This document shows positions 24,897-36,697 of a DNA stretch of 64,000 bases, piece by piece. This DNA is from Hydrolagus colliei. Lineage: Eukaryota. The DNA is taken from assembly GCA_035084275.1 (NCBI GenBank), contig CM068756.1:7936001-8000000 (forward strand), read 5' to 3'. The first letter of the stretch is position 1, and each line of letters begins with the position of its first letter. The notes under the pieces were generated by a model that was not told the DNA's origin, did no database searches, and saw only the letters and a program-made list of their open reading frames with translations. A program made the translations under genes and the position numbers.

Positions 24897-26689
24897 GTGA
24901 GTTTTTCTTAAAGTTAAACCTACATACTAGTGACTGTATACGGTCACTCAATCCAATTCTTAAACCAAAGGAAAAATTGAATGGATGAATAGTTTTCATC
25001 ACTGTGAGTCGTTGCATCATCAGTATGCACAATGAGATGTTCTTGCCTTGGCCAAACCTTGTGAATATGCTCAATCACACAATGGGAATATTTTTTTCAC
25101 TGATTTGAGTTTAAATGACATAGCGAAAAAAAAATGATTTAGTATTCAGCAGAAGTTAGACACGACAGGCTTAATTCAGTTATTTAAACAAAAGTCACTC
25201 CTCCTATTCCTCCTCCTTTTCTAGTGCAATTTATTCAGGAGATGGCATACTAAGGGCTTTTCCCGACGTAGATTTGTTACTGTTTGTTCCTGGTCTGTGG
25301 GAGGTTTCTACATGCAGCAAAGACTTGGATTCATCCAGATGCTCTGTGAGTGCAGTGGGTTAAAACATTTGCTTCATTTCAGTTGTAAAGTATTCTCCAC
25401 ATTGAGGCAGTACCCAGGAGAGGAACAAGAACTTTGATTTACAACACAGCTCCTTATATTTCAGAAGTAGTCACTGATGGAGAAACATCCCTGCCCCTCA
25501 TCCTCTCCCATACAACAGGCTCAGATGTAAAGCTTGTATTAATACACATACATATCTAGCTAATGCACTTACATAGCTTTTTCATGTTGTTTAATAATTA
25601 CTTGAGGATCCTCCTGTGGCCTCGATGAACATCAATTTTTTAATGCAAATTGGAAATGAATGTACTTGTTTTGCCTAACTCCACATCTGCATAAACAAGG
25701 ATTAAAGAATTCAGCTCTGCTGATCTCAGCCAGGGTTGCTTGGGGGGGAGGCCTAAATTAGCCACAGCTTTCTTAGGGTAAGCAAGTGAGGAATGAACAA
25801 GGGTACCTGCTGCTCATCCCTTCCACAGCACCATCCACTGGTTGTGACCTGTTGCTGAACTGAGATGCCCTCTCTACTTGAGCGGCCAGCCAACATTTGG
25901 TGCCAAGGCTACCGTATGAACAAGAGTCACTTGAGGGGTGTACTGGAGGGCAAACAGTGTGTGTGTGGAACTGCACCATAGCAAGTGGAGGCCAGACCAG
26001 TAGCAGAGGCATGTGTCATTAAGGAGCAAATTGGAAAAAAAAAATTAGAAACGCTATATATTTTAACAAAAATACCAATTCAGCATAACGTGTTGCTTTC
26101 AACCAGTAAATATGCATGCTGTGTGTGGCAGAATAATCTCAAGTTAAGAAAAATTACTTTAGGATAAAAAGGGAGAAAATTTGCCCACAAAGTTGCAACA
26201 TTTGCTTGGAAGTTGATGAATTCTAGCTTTTCGTCTGCTCAAGAGTAAAACAATTCACTTTGATTATAAGGCTAACACTTGGGCTATTTAGATGACACGT
26301 TAATGCACAGATGCTTCAGTTTCTGTCCCACTGATGGAAGTCTAAGAATATGTATGGATAATTGCGGGGCAGGAAACTAAAACTTTGATGTGCTGAGATA
26401 CACTGGAGCAAAGGGAAATATTAGAGCTGGTAAGTGACGGATTGCTTTCTAAAAGAGAGAACGGTGTTAGTTTTATTAACCTTTAACAGCAAATTCTGCA
26501 TGCGTCAACAACATAGCACTATAATCAAGAATTTAACTCTTTCTCACTGAAACATATACAATGGTAAATTACCTCCTCCATTTGCTCAGTGGGCCAAAAT
26601 ATGCCAGTTGGTGTGGTTACTGGGCCATATGCACCAGGGAAATGCCCGTTTTGGCTACTGGTCTTGAGCGCTTAATCTCAGCCAAGGCA

Positions 26690-26905
26690 GTGATGGAGAT
26701 ACATGATTCGATAAGGGAGTGGAAAAAATCCATCAAGGGATCCCATTTTCATCACTATCCAATGACCCCTGGCAGTAAGTGTGTGGGTGGGTGTTGATTG
26801 AGGACAGGATTGAACTCAGTCATGCTTGAATAGCCTGCAGACACTCTTTGCCTGAACTCTTTACTCGTACATAAAGAGCGATCACTTGGACGAGACAACA
26901 AGGGA
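26690..26905 (+). repeat. Ancient dispersed repeat of uncertain family
   Basis: Motifs tcactatccaatgacccct, gaggacaggatt, aatagcctgcagacactc and cacttggacgag recur in degenerate form at about 18700-18850 (+) and 56480-56670 (-). Confidence 0.4.
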
Positions 26906-27559
26906 ATCATTTCATGTCTTCAGAAAACAGGAGAGATATGTGTGTGTGTAGAGAATATATTGATATAAAGCAAGCCCTGATTTTAAGATTAATGCAGGTA
27001 CAGGAGTTTCGAAATCTAAACTGAAAAATATATATTCCACTGGCGGCCGAAATAATTCCTCTCCACTTGAACAGCACTCGAAATCCTTTGCTTAAGTCCA
27101 CATAAACGAAAGCAAGTTAGAAGTTTGACCTTTTACTTATTTATCAAAAGAACATTGAGTATGAAAATGGATTGTGATTTTAATCCGCTTTAAGTTGCTG
27201 AAAGTGTAAGCGGATAGAAGTATAAGTGGTGAGGCTGCATCTATTTCTCTAAGAGCAATAATTGATTGCAAATCGACTATGTATCTATATCAGGAATTCA
27301 CTGTAATTGCAAAGAGCATCGGCAAACTTTCACAAGGTTTGGTGAGGTGCGTAAAGGTAATTATTACACCTCTATAAAAATTTGGACAAAAGGCAGTGTA
27401 TTTACTATGTTAATATCCAGGCCACCATTTGAAAGACACTTTAGCATTCCCTGCCTTGTTCTGAACTCAGCAATCTGCTGATTATTATGGTGCAGAGTTG
27501 TATCAAGGCTTGTGTGCCTGTGTTGAGAGTCTGAAGTAGCCTTCAACTGCATTTTACAG

Positions 27560-27655
27560 GAGCTGGAATGTGATGTATCTGTAGAGGAAGACAACAGGCA
27601 GGAGTGGACATTCACTCTGTATGACTTTGATAACAATGGGAAAGTCACTCGTGAG
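27560..27655 (+). CDS. NKD1: NKD1 coding exon, EF-hand: ELECDVSVEEDNRQEWTFTLYDFDNNGKVTRE
   Basis: Acceptor ttttacAG; donor GAG|GTAAGC. 96 nt. Contains the Naked EF-hand signature QEWTFTLYDFDNNGKVTRE. Confidence 0.98.
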
Positions 27656-30600
27656 GTAAGCTGGACAGATGCTCACACCATGTTTTTAATGCTTCCCACA
27701 AACATAAATGTTGTTAAACCCTTCTTTGTCTTCTTAAAACTTGAGCTGTCATAATCGAAACAAATAGGAAACACTGAGCTAAAGTTTCATCACCAGTACT
27801 TTTACAAATAGAAATCTTGAAACCCAGGTTCTGAAAATGGCTTAATAAGCAGTGTTGACGTGAATGAATGGACTGTCAAGTTACTGAGTAATGAGTTGGG
27901 TTCAGTTAGGTCCAGCAGAGTTGAATCCTGTTAACTTTTTGATCCTTAAAAGGAGTGTGGTTGAGCACTTCCATTGTGGATTGGGTGCCAGTGTTTAGAT
28001 AAGAATGGTTGAGTTTGCACAGTGGGCAGTTTTCCTCTAATTCTTCTCCTGCAGCCCTTGGGATTTCTCAGCAATAAAACGTGTTGCCTTCCAACCCGAC
28101 ATTCCAGTTGCTCTTTATTTGCCCGTTTAGTTTTCAATTGTAAACTCATAGCCGGTTGCATAACTTGAAACTTTCAAACTTTAAACTGTGCTGGGTTTGT
28201 TTCGTGACAAAAGCATAAGAGTTTCAAAGCATTGATTTTATGACTGACATCTCCCACCCGGCGTACATTATCTTGGATACACTCTAGAGCATTTCACTTG
28301 CAAGCGAGGCACATGCTGACAACCACACTGGAAATTATCGTTCCATTGATTCGATCAATGGGCTAGACCTAGGAAGTCTAGGTTCAAGGAAGCTCTTGCT
28401 CACCATGAGTGGAGGCAAATCTAACTAGACATCTACAAAGGTTTGTTCATAAAAGTACACTACTAATGATCCCTAACTAACTTTAGCTGGAGCTGAGGAT
28501 TGTGAATATTTCTCTTGCCCTACCCTGTTATCCCAAGTCGACTGTATCAACAGCTAAATAATTGTAGGGGGAATAGAATCAAAACACTTTCCATGCAATA
28601 CTTTAAGAAGCAAAAGGTAAAGTGCCAAGAAAATAATATCTACCTTGGCGTTCTGACTGAATGGGCTGCTGCAAACTCCTGGTTATTTTCCTTCATCATC
28701 CAATTACAAATTTCCACATTATATACCAAATGAATTACAAAAAAAATTATACTCGAATGTGTTCAAAACACTACAGCTTATTGAAGGCTTCACGTTTATT
28801 TCCAGAATTGGTATTATTTGGAGACATTCTTTCAGTGTAGTGCGCAAGGAGAAACAATGTCAGTGAAACAGTCACAATGTTATTTTGGTTGTGTTAATAG
28901 CACAGGGCAATGGCAAATTTCAATGTACAAGATTGGTTTGAACAAAAAAAATGTCCTTTCGCTCGTCTGATCTCATCCCTTCAGAATACCTACCTTACCA
29001 TCCTCCCATCAAAGCCTCCCATCCTCCCATGAAATGTATTAGATCGCAGCTAAATTGATAAAGCCTTTATAAAACATGAGGGCTAGTGTCCCTTTGAGCA
29101 TCATAATCATAGATATTATTGTACAGAAGGAAGTTATTCAGTACATCGATTTTCTACTGTTGACTCTTCCATTAGAGTTAGCTGCTCTTACCCCAACTTG
29201 ATGTTGTTGTTCCCCTTCATGCTTTCGTATTGTTTCTTTTCAAATACAGCTCCAAATTGCCTTGTTAAAAGTTGTCACACTCAGTATAGAAGTGGGATGC
29301 ATAGAGAAGATACTTTTTAACTTAAATTGAGAAGAAAGTTGATAAACACACATTAATTGGTGTTTGGGATTAACCATTGTCAGCTTTCATGCTGGTGAAA
29401 ATATATTGAATTCTTAAACTGAGGTTAAAACAGAATGGACGCCCAAATAATGAGAGAAAAATTGCCACTAACCCTGTTGTAAAAGAATCATGATAAAGTA
29501 ACACCTATATGGAATGTATTTGTCAATTAAATATTGAACGCAATATTAGCTGGCAAAAATCTCAATTACTGTGCTTTGTATGGATAAGGAGATACATTTC
29601 CAAGCTTTCGGCATGAAAAATACAGGTTAATATAATTCGCTGCTATCCTACTCTTTTATTTTTCAGCCTTTTGAAAGCCGAATTCATTTTGTTCTGATGG
29701 TCTTTTGAGAACTAATAGTTACGCTGTAATTATCTTCACAGGGACTTTGGTAAAAGACTTGGAATCAGAATTATTAAACTTAATCTGTTTGATCCATAAA
29801 GTTTTACAGCTGCACTGCTTAATACTGATTTAAATCTTTGCATGCTAGAGCTACTTGGTGGTTTGCATTTGTGTCCATTGTAATTTGAAGTGTAATTAGA
29901 AGCCTTGTAAAGCAAGAACTGGATAGATTGTTCCAATGAATCTAGAAGATGCTCGTTCTTTGTGTGCAGCTTTGCAGCACCTTGGGATGTGCTCCCGACG
30001 TGAAAGGCACAATACAAATGTAATTTGTTGTTGTTATAGGGTTAATTTACATTAAAAAGTATCCTCATGTTGGGGAAGGGGATCTTCATGCAAGGGTCTT
30101 TCTATGAAGGCAGGTCTGCAGGAATGCAAGGCAGGAATGGAGGTGTAGACATATCCTCTGGTGTTCTAACCACTGGGAAAATACTGCAGCTGTGCTCATA
30201 CCTTATTAAACAAAACAACATTGCTTCCTAACACCTTGGTAACATTTTAAAGTTTGTGTTATTATGATTTCCAATAATTGTCGCAACTTGAGTTTTTCCT
30301 GCTCTGTACCAACCAATGAGGAACTGTCAGAAAATTCTGTTTTATAACTCTTGGTTTGAAGGTTGTACAGAAAATAGCCTTCCCAAAATGTCAGTTGTAT
30401 AACAACATTGCTCTGACTGCTGGAAACATTATTTTAACATTTTATTACATTTGCGTTTGAACTGACAACTGTTCAAATGAACTCTTCAGAGTTTTTAAAA
30501 TAAAGTAATGTGCAGGCTTTATACAGATTTTCTTTTAATAATAATCCAATTCCGGTGAATGTGTTGAACATCAAAGTCAAATGAACCCATTTACATGCTG

Positions 30601-30984
30601 TAGATAACCAAGGTAAAGCGGAAAAACAAGAGGAGGGACTGGGTTTCTGAGTGGATTAGTACCATTTCTGGAAACTGCGATAAAATCCAGAGTAGAACTC
30701 ATGATCTGAAAGACTCCCCTTTCAAGAGGTTTGGATGATGAAGACCTTTTGACTTATTTCACTTCATCCTCTGAACACATAGTGATAATGCATTTCCTTG
30801 GTACTGGAATGAATTACAAGGGGAATAGCTTTAAAATCAGAATCAGGACACTTAAAACTGATATTAGGATGTATTTCTTCACACAGAGGGTTTTGAAAAA
30901 CACATTAATAATATTAATCCTTGACAAATGTCTCCCGGATGAGCACGAAATGCATCAGGAATGATCTCACATCACCTTATATCA

Positions 30985-31255
30985 AAAAGTAAAGTCTTCA
31001 TTTATCCTCAAAATCTCATCACACTATTTGAAACGAGAAGGGAGCTGCTCAGGATATCCTTATTTGGTGAACAAATTCCAGCAAATTCCCCGAAATAAAA
31101 TTGGTCACTCACCCCATGATGGTTTGTGGGACATTTGGCTGTTGCACTTCACCCACAAAATACACAATCTACTTTGCAACTTATCCTGTGAAGCTCTTTG
31201 AAATGTCTCAAATATGTGATAAGGCATTGTATCGAATGTGAGGATTATTATTATC
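30985..31255 (+). mobile_element. 3' portion of a Deu-domain SINE
   Basis: cactatttgaaacgagaagggag ... tttgtgggacatttggctg ... ctgtgaagctctttgaaatgt ... gaggattattatta. Confidence 0.6.
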
Positions 31256-31436
31256 CAATTTAATGCACATACATAGAACAGAGCTTCACCCTTCCATCAC
31301 TGTTCACGTTCATTCTTAACCTCACTTACTGAGTATAAAAGGGGGATTTTCACCTTAGAATTGTGGTTTGTAAAAATGTGTCTGAATGTTACATTGCTGG
31401 GATACCCCCAACAGTCTTGTTGCAATACCTTTACAG

Positions 31437-31581
31437 GACATTACTAGTCTTCTGCACACAATCTATGAGGTAGTAGATTCATCCGTGAACCACTCGCCAA
31501 ATACCAGCAAAACCCTTCGGGTAAAGCTAACCGTGACACCCGATTCAAGCCAGAAAAAGAAAGGTCAAATGTGGCAGACAG
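31437..31581 (+). CDS. NKD1: NKD1 coding exon, EFX second half: DITSLLHTIYEVVDSSVNHSPNTSKTLRVKLTVTPDSSQKKKGQMWQT
   Basis: Acceptor tttacAG; donor CAG|GTAAGA. 145 nt, inside ORF 31386..31730. DITSLLHTIYEVVDSSVNHSP and LRVKLTV are NKD1 hallmarks. Confidence 0.98.
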
Positions 31582-31744
31582 GTAAGATTTCCATTTGCTG
31601 CTTCATAGAGTACATGGGGGAAACTCATATTAGCGACACAATAGCCATTAAAACAAACACTGTATCTGGAACCGGTAAGAAAACAGAATCAAATGTAAAG
31701 ATAGAAATAAACCGAATCAAAGTGCTTTGAAGCTGAAGAGTATC

Positions 31745-32070
31745 ATCAGATGATTGGAAAATAGCTAATGTTCCTGTCTTTGAAAAATCTTCAGAAACTT
31801 GATCCCTTGGATTGTCAGTTTGACAACTAAAGTATGAAAAAGTATGACAACTATAAGTATGAAACCTATTACAGTACAAGGAAAGCAATTGAAGCACATC
31901 GGAAGAGAGTAAATGCAGCTCCTTGAGTCTGTGAAAGGAAGGCTATGTTTGACAATTTATTGACATTTTTATAGATGTAACAGGATTGATAGGCAAGAGT
32001 AATGTAATGCTGGTTTGGATATTCAGGCTTTCAGAAGGTACTTGCTACAAAAAGATTTATGTTTAAAGTG
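31745..32070 (+). mobile_element. CR1 LINE reverse transcriptase relic
   Basis: Degenerate DDWKIANVPVF, KGRLCLT/NLLTF and LDIQAFRR resemble CR1 motifs DWKxANVxPxFKKG, KGRSCLTNLxxF and LDFQKAFDKV. Confidence 0.65.
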
Positions 32071-32675
32071 GGATTATGGAGGATGTTGTGAAATGGAGCA
32101 CAAATTGGCCACAGACTTGAGAAACAAACATAAGGTAAATCACAAGGTTTGGATGAAGGCATATGTTGCTTTTGTGATTGAGAGGGACACGAGGAACCTT
32201 ATGCTCATTTTGCCTGTAGCTGGCTTCTGTGATGGTGTCTCTATCTCTAATTCTTCCATCATCCCTGAGGGACATATCTCACCTCCCTTAGGACTCTCCA
32301 CAATAGCACTGCTGAGATTAGAAATCATACATGAAAACATATAGCTTGACACACAAATTATTGGAACCAGGGAGGCAAGATAGGTCTGCTTGACACTGAA
32401 GACAAAACCAGCAGTTTTTTTTACACCCTCTTTAATAATAATCACTCTCTCTTTATAGTCCCAATCATTTAGGTGTGTTTAAATGATCAACGTAAATTGC
32501 ATCATTGCATGTTACAGTGCTGTAGATGTGTTGCTTAAGTGATCAGGGTAATCTACATCCTATTGTGCAACAATGCTGTTAGCGTACTATTTTGCTGGTG
32601 AGTTCCCACTCAGAATCAGTAAATATAACTATAATTGGAAAAGGAACTAATTCATCCCAATTTCACCTGCATTAG

Positions 32676-32760
32676 ATCTGCATTGTTCAAGGCAGAAAGC
32701 TGAAATCAAGTCTGCAGAGGAATTCAAGAATGCGGAGAAAAGAAACCGGGCTCCCCTCAG
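32676..32760 (+). CDS. NKD1: NKD1 coding exon: (D)LHCSRQKAEIKSAEEFKNAEKRNRAPL(R)
   Basis: Acceptor cattAG; donor CAG|GTAAGA. 85 nt, phase 1 to 2. Aligns by eye to human DLQSARPRAETKPTEDLRSWEKKQRAPLR. Confidence 0.92.
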
Positions 32761-33122
32761 GTAAGAAGCTGCTTTGCTCTATTAAATATGGAACCAGAAA
32801 GTATCCTGAGATGCTTAAACTGTCGCAGCAGGTATCAGGATTACATTATAACATTTCACACCTCTTTCGGATGATCTGAAGCAAAATTATTGCTTTACAT
32901 AGAAACTCCATATAGCGTTGAGAAAGTGTTGAGATTTCTGTGGTGCACTTGGGGGATAATATGCTAAACTCAATAAACTGGGACGACTCTAGACTTTGAA
33001 TAACTTTGCTTTGATGGAAAGGGATGAATGAACCATGATTATTATTGGGGAGGGAAAAAAACAGGAGTTTATGGAAAGAGATTGCTGCGAGGGGCACTTG
33101 CTAATTACATTCTCTTCCTCAG

Positions 33123-33253
33123 ACGCCATAACAGCGATCAGCACCCCCACCAGAGTAAGTGCCATCGTCATTGTGTGGATGAGAATACTGAAAGGAGAAA
33201 CCACTACCTTGACTTGGCAGGGATAGAGAACTACACCTCCAAATTTGGACCAG
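33123..33253 (+). CDS. NKD1: NKD1 coding exon with conserved ~30-aa motif: RHNSDQHPHQSKCHRHCVDENTERRNHYLDLAGIENYTSKFGP
   Basis: Acceptor ttctcttcctcAG; donor CAG|GTACTT. 131 nt. HCVDENxERRNHYLDLAGIENYTS is the conserved vertebrate Naked motif. Confidence 0.97.
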
Positions 33254-34143
33254 GTACTTTAGGACCAACCAGATGGTCTTCCCCAGGGTTGTATATGTTC
33301 CTTTGAGGTTTACATTACAGCAGATACATTAAAGCAAAGATAACATTTCTCATGCAGATAATTTGTGGTATATGATGTTTCACTTCTCGTCATATTCAAC
33401 CATACGTTGAGACTGATCCTGTTACTGCATAAAGTTAGCATTCCAGCTCCATATTTTCCTTTTCCTAATCTAGAAATGGCCATATTTTGTCACAAAATCC
33501 TCAAATAGAAATTTAAACGCAGTAGAATCATTCAACAAGCACGTTTTTCAACGATAAATACCACAATATTAGCTTATATGATACTTTCAAGCTATTTTTC
33601 AAATGCTCGAAAAACACCTTGACATACTGGAGACATGATTTTAAAGAAAAATTAATCTAACTCAACACCAACTGAGGGAATTGAATCAAGGAGCAACCTG
33701 GTCTGGTCTATATGCTTCAGCAGCATATCTCATGGGGATGATGCTCTGTTTTTTGTGAATGTATGTGGTGTGTGCTTGTAACAGGGTCTAGATTGGTAGA
33801 ATGGGTGTTTGTGCCAGCCACTCCTCAAGTAGTGAATTCCTGCATTCAACTTTGTGTAGGTGATCCGCAGAATTAAGATATGCTGCCGTTTAGAGGTACT
33901 GTGGGGGGGAATGGGAGGAATAGTCGTTCCTGCTCACTGTGACACAACAACCAGTACAGTATTGCCCTCCGTGTGAATAGAAAATTAACTTTCCACCCTT
34001 TTGGTCAGGGAAAGGGTGTGTGGTACGGGGGAACTATGAAGGGCAAAATAATGGGATTTAATTTTAACACTCATTTATCACATAAGACCAACAATGTTAA
34101 AAAAAATCCTTTTGATTGACTAATGCAAGTATTCATCGCACAG

Positions 34144-34727
34144 GTTCACCTCCAGTGGCTTCGAAAAAGGAGAATCACACAAAGGTTCCTCACCAAGCCA
34201 GGTCCCGATCACATGAGCCTGAAGTCATGTACAATCACCATAGGAGATCCCAAACCATGGATCCAGGCCACAGCCATCATCACGAGTCTCCAAACACTAA
34301 GGTGATTGAACTGCAACATAGACTGCGAAATCAGGACTTGAACAAGCACTTAGTCAAATCTCCCAAAACCCTGAGCAAAAATATGATGGCCGCAGTCCCA
34401 GCTGGAAAGGTTGGAAAGAACAAGCCTTCACAAAGTCCTTACATGCCACTGACCTCGACTCCTGTGGTTGTAGGCCCAAATATTCCATACCATCCCATGC
34501 AACTCAGCCATCAGCAGAGCTATAAGAAACACAGGCAGAGGGCTAAGGACAACCATCATGTGTATAAAGCTTTTCATCCCCCTTCAAGAGTGGTAGAGCA
34601 GGAACATGTCAGGGATTTGCCATCTCTTTTGCTCTATGAAGGCCATGTTGGTCGGATTGTTCAGAGACATGAACACCATCACCACCATGAGCATCATCAT
34701 CACTATCACCACTTCTACCAGACATGA
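34144..34727 (+). CDS. NKD1: NKD1 terminal coding exon with poly-His C-terminus
   Basis: Acceptor cgcacAG (34142-34143); lies in ORF 34116..34727. Contains RSRSHEPE, ELQHRLR and a C-terminal VQRHEHHHHHEHHHHYHHFYQT-stop that matches NKD1 rather than NKD2. Confidence 0.98.
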
Positions 34728-35297
34728 GCAGAACAGGGTATGTATGTAACAAGAACTTAAGCTAATGGAACCATAGTACCCGATTTGAAGGAGAGCTTGA
34801 CTGGATTCCATGGTCTTCGATCCATTGCAGTATTGTTATTCAAAGTTTAGAAATTCTGTACTTTGAGAGTCAAACATAAATGAGAAATGAAGTGAAACTA
34901 AAAGACTTTTGAACAGCTGGCTACCTCTAGTATTAATTCAGATTTTGTTTTCTTTAACCTATGAAATGTGCTACAAAGGGGTTTCTACTGCTCTGCGTAC
35001 TTGTAACCTTTTTGTGTTGTCCAGACTTATCATTTCCGTTTTTTGCGTTTGAATTGTCATCCGTGTTGTGAAATTCACACTAACCATGCTTTGCCAACTC
35101 TTTTGTTTTTTTATATATAGGACTGTACAGATAGTTCTTCCTTCTGGTGGTGAATCCTGTTTTGTTAAACAAAAGCATTAAACCTTTCTTTGGGGGCAGT
35201 GTTAGATGTACTGAAGGAAATAGGAGCTACTTGCTGCTCAAGTCTTGTACATCAATCCCATAGTTGTCCTTCAATGAATAATTTACAACTGAAGGCA

Positions 35298-35325
35298 TAT
35301 ATATAATATATATATATATATATAT
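35298..35325. repeat. (TA)n microsatellite in the probable 3' UTR
   Basis: atatatataatatatatatatatatata. Confidence 0.9.
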
Positions 35326-36158
35326 TGGTGCGTAACTTAATTTGGCAAGAAATGAAGTGTGCAGAATACACCCAAGACATTAGCATGCTCGAAAGGTTAA
35401 GGTTTTAACTTAAATATTTTGCATGGAGTGAATGGGCAAGTCAAAACAAGGAATTCTGCTTGTAATTTCTAAAATGATATTGAAGTCTCCATGCTTCTTA
35501 GAGCCATGTGTTGCAGACCAGAAGCCAACCTCTTGAAATATTATACACAAAACCTGAGGTGTATCATGTGCATGTTTGACATGTGTGCCCAGTGAAATGT
35601 CTTCAATCTACTACAAATGTTATTTGAGTCCAAGCCTGTGTAGCTCGTTGGCCTTGTCACTCCATTGCCATCTACTGGCTTTATTAAACCCAATGTCGAT
35701 TCATCATTGACCCTGTTTCAAGGGATTTTCTGTGACACAGAAGTCTGAATACCCTTATTATCTTTCAGAAAAGTTGGCAACTATATATTATATCTCAGGT
35801 GCATTTTCTTTTTAAAACTGTGGTTTTAATATTTTTGTTTTTGAGAAAGGAGTCTGTTCTGTGGAGTTGTGGCGTTTTCGTTACTGGTAGCACATAATGG
35901 AAGGCAGGACGTGACTTGAGAAATCCTACCTTAATCTTGAATTTTACCGAAATAACATAGGATATCATTGGAGCTCCCCTATGATGGTAAGTTTAAAAAC
36001 TTGCTTCACGAGTGACATCAATTATACAAACACAAGATGGCCTGAAACTGACTGGGGTTAGTGGGATATCCTATTCCTTACTCTATAGGCCAGAATCTTA
36101 ATCTGTTTAAACTAATTCTACAACACTATTATTGCTGCTGTTGACTGTCAAGTGTTAA

Positions 36159-36595
36159 GCCCCTTTCACACAGCAATATTGTGCTGCTGTAAAAACAGTG
36201 AATTTTGTTGTGCTACAAAGGTCTGTAGTGGCAGTTTTCAAAGACAGCATATCTGCTGGGGGAGTGAAAAATTCACCATGATTTTTAGGTCAGTCTCTAC
36301 CTCGGTTAAAACTTATCAGTTCTACTGACTTCACTGGTAGTTTTTGCAGTTTATTGTTGAAACCATTTTTACCAATATCACAAGGTGAAACTGGTGCAGG
36401 ACTTTTGTTCCTTGTATTGGTCGGTGCAATAAATCCAGAGATCCCTCGCTTTTCAAATCACATGGTACACTTTCGCTGCTTTTCTGATCGTGTGATTGGG
36501 TCATGGAGCCTGGTATCCGCTCTTGTCTACTATAATGTAAATTGGTGAAGAAATAAAATGCTAACGATGTGCGTATTATACAGAATAATGTACTG

Positions 36596-36628
<33 letters not shown>

Positions 36629-36697
36629 ATGTGTGCGTTAACCTGTGGATATTTCACCCCATTTTTTTCCAGAAGTAAATTGCTGCGTGAATGGGGC
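36159..36697. mobile_element. Decayed PIF/Harbinger-like MITE within the probable 3' UTR
   Basis: GCCCCTTTCACACAGCAAT versus the reverse complement of ATTGCTGCGTGAATGGGGC (17/19). Left flank TTAA. Weaker inner complementarity (ggagtgaaaaattcac / gtggatatttcacccc). Confidence 0.5.
36596..36636. repeat. Compound (TA)n(TG)n microsatellite
   Basis: tatatatatatatatatatgtgtgtgtgtgtgtatgtgtgc. Confidence 0.9.

Noticed and set aside
31386-31730. ORF-track proteins 31386..31730, 33028..33306 and 34116..34727 as stand-alone genes
   Set aside because: They are NKD1 exons extended into intron sequence; homology stops at the splice sites.
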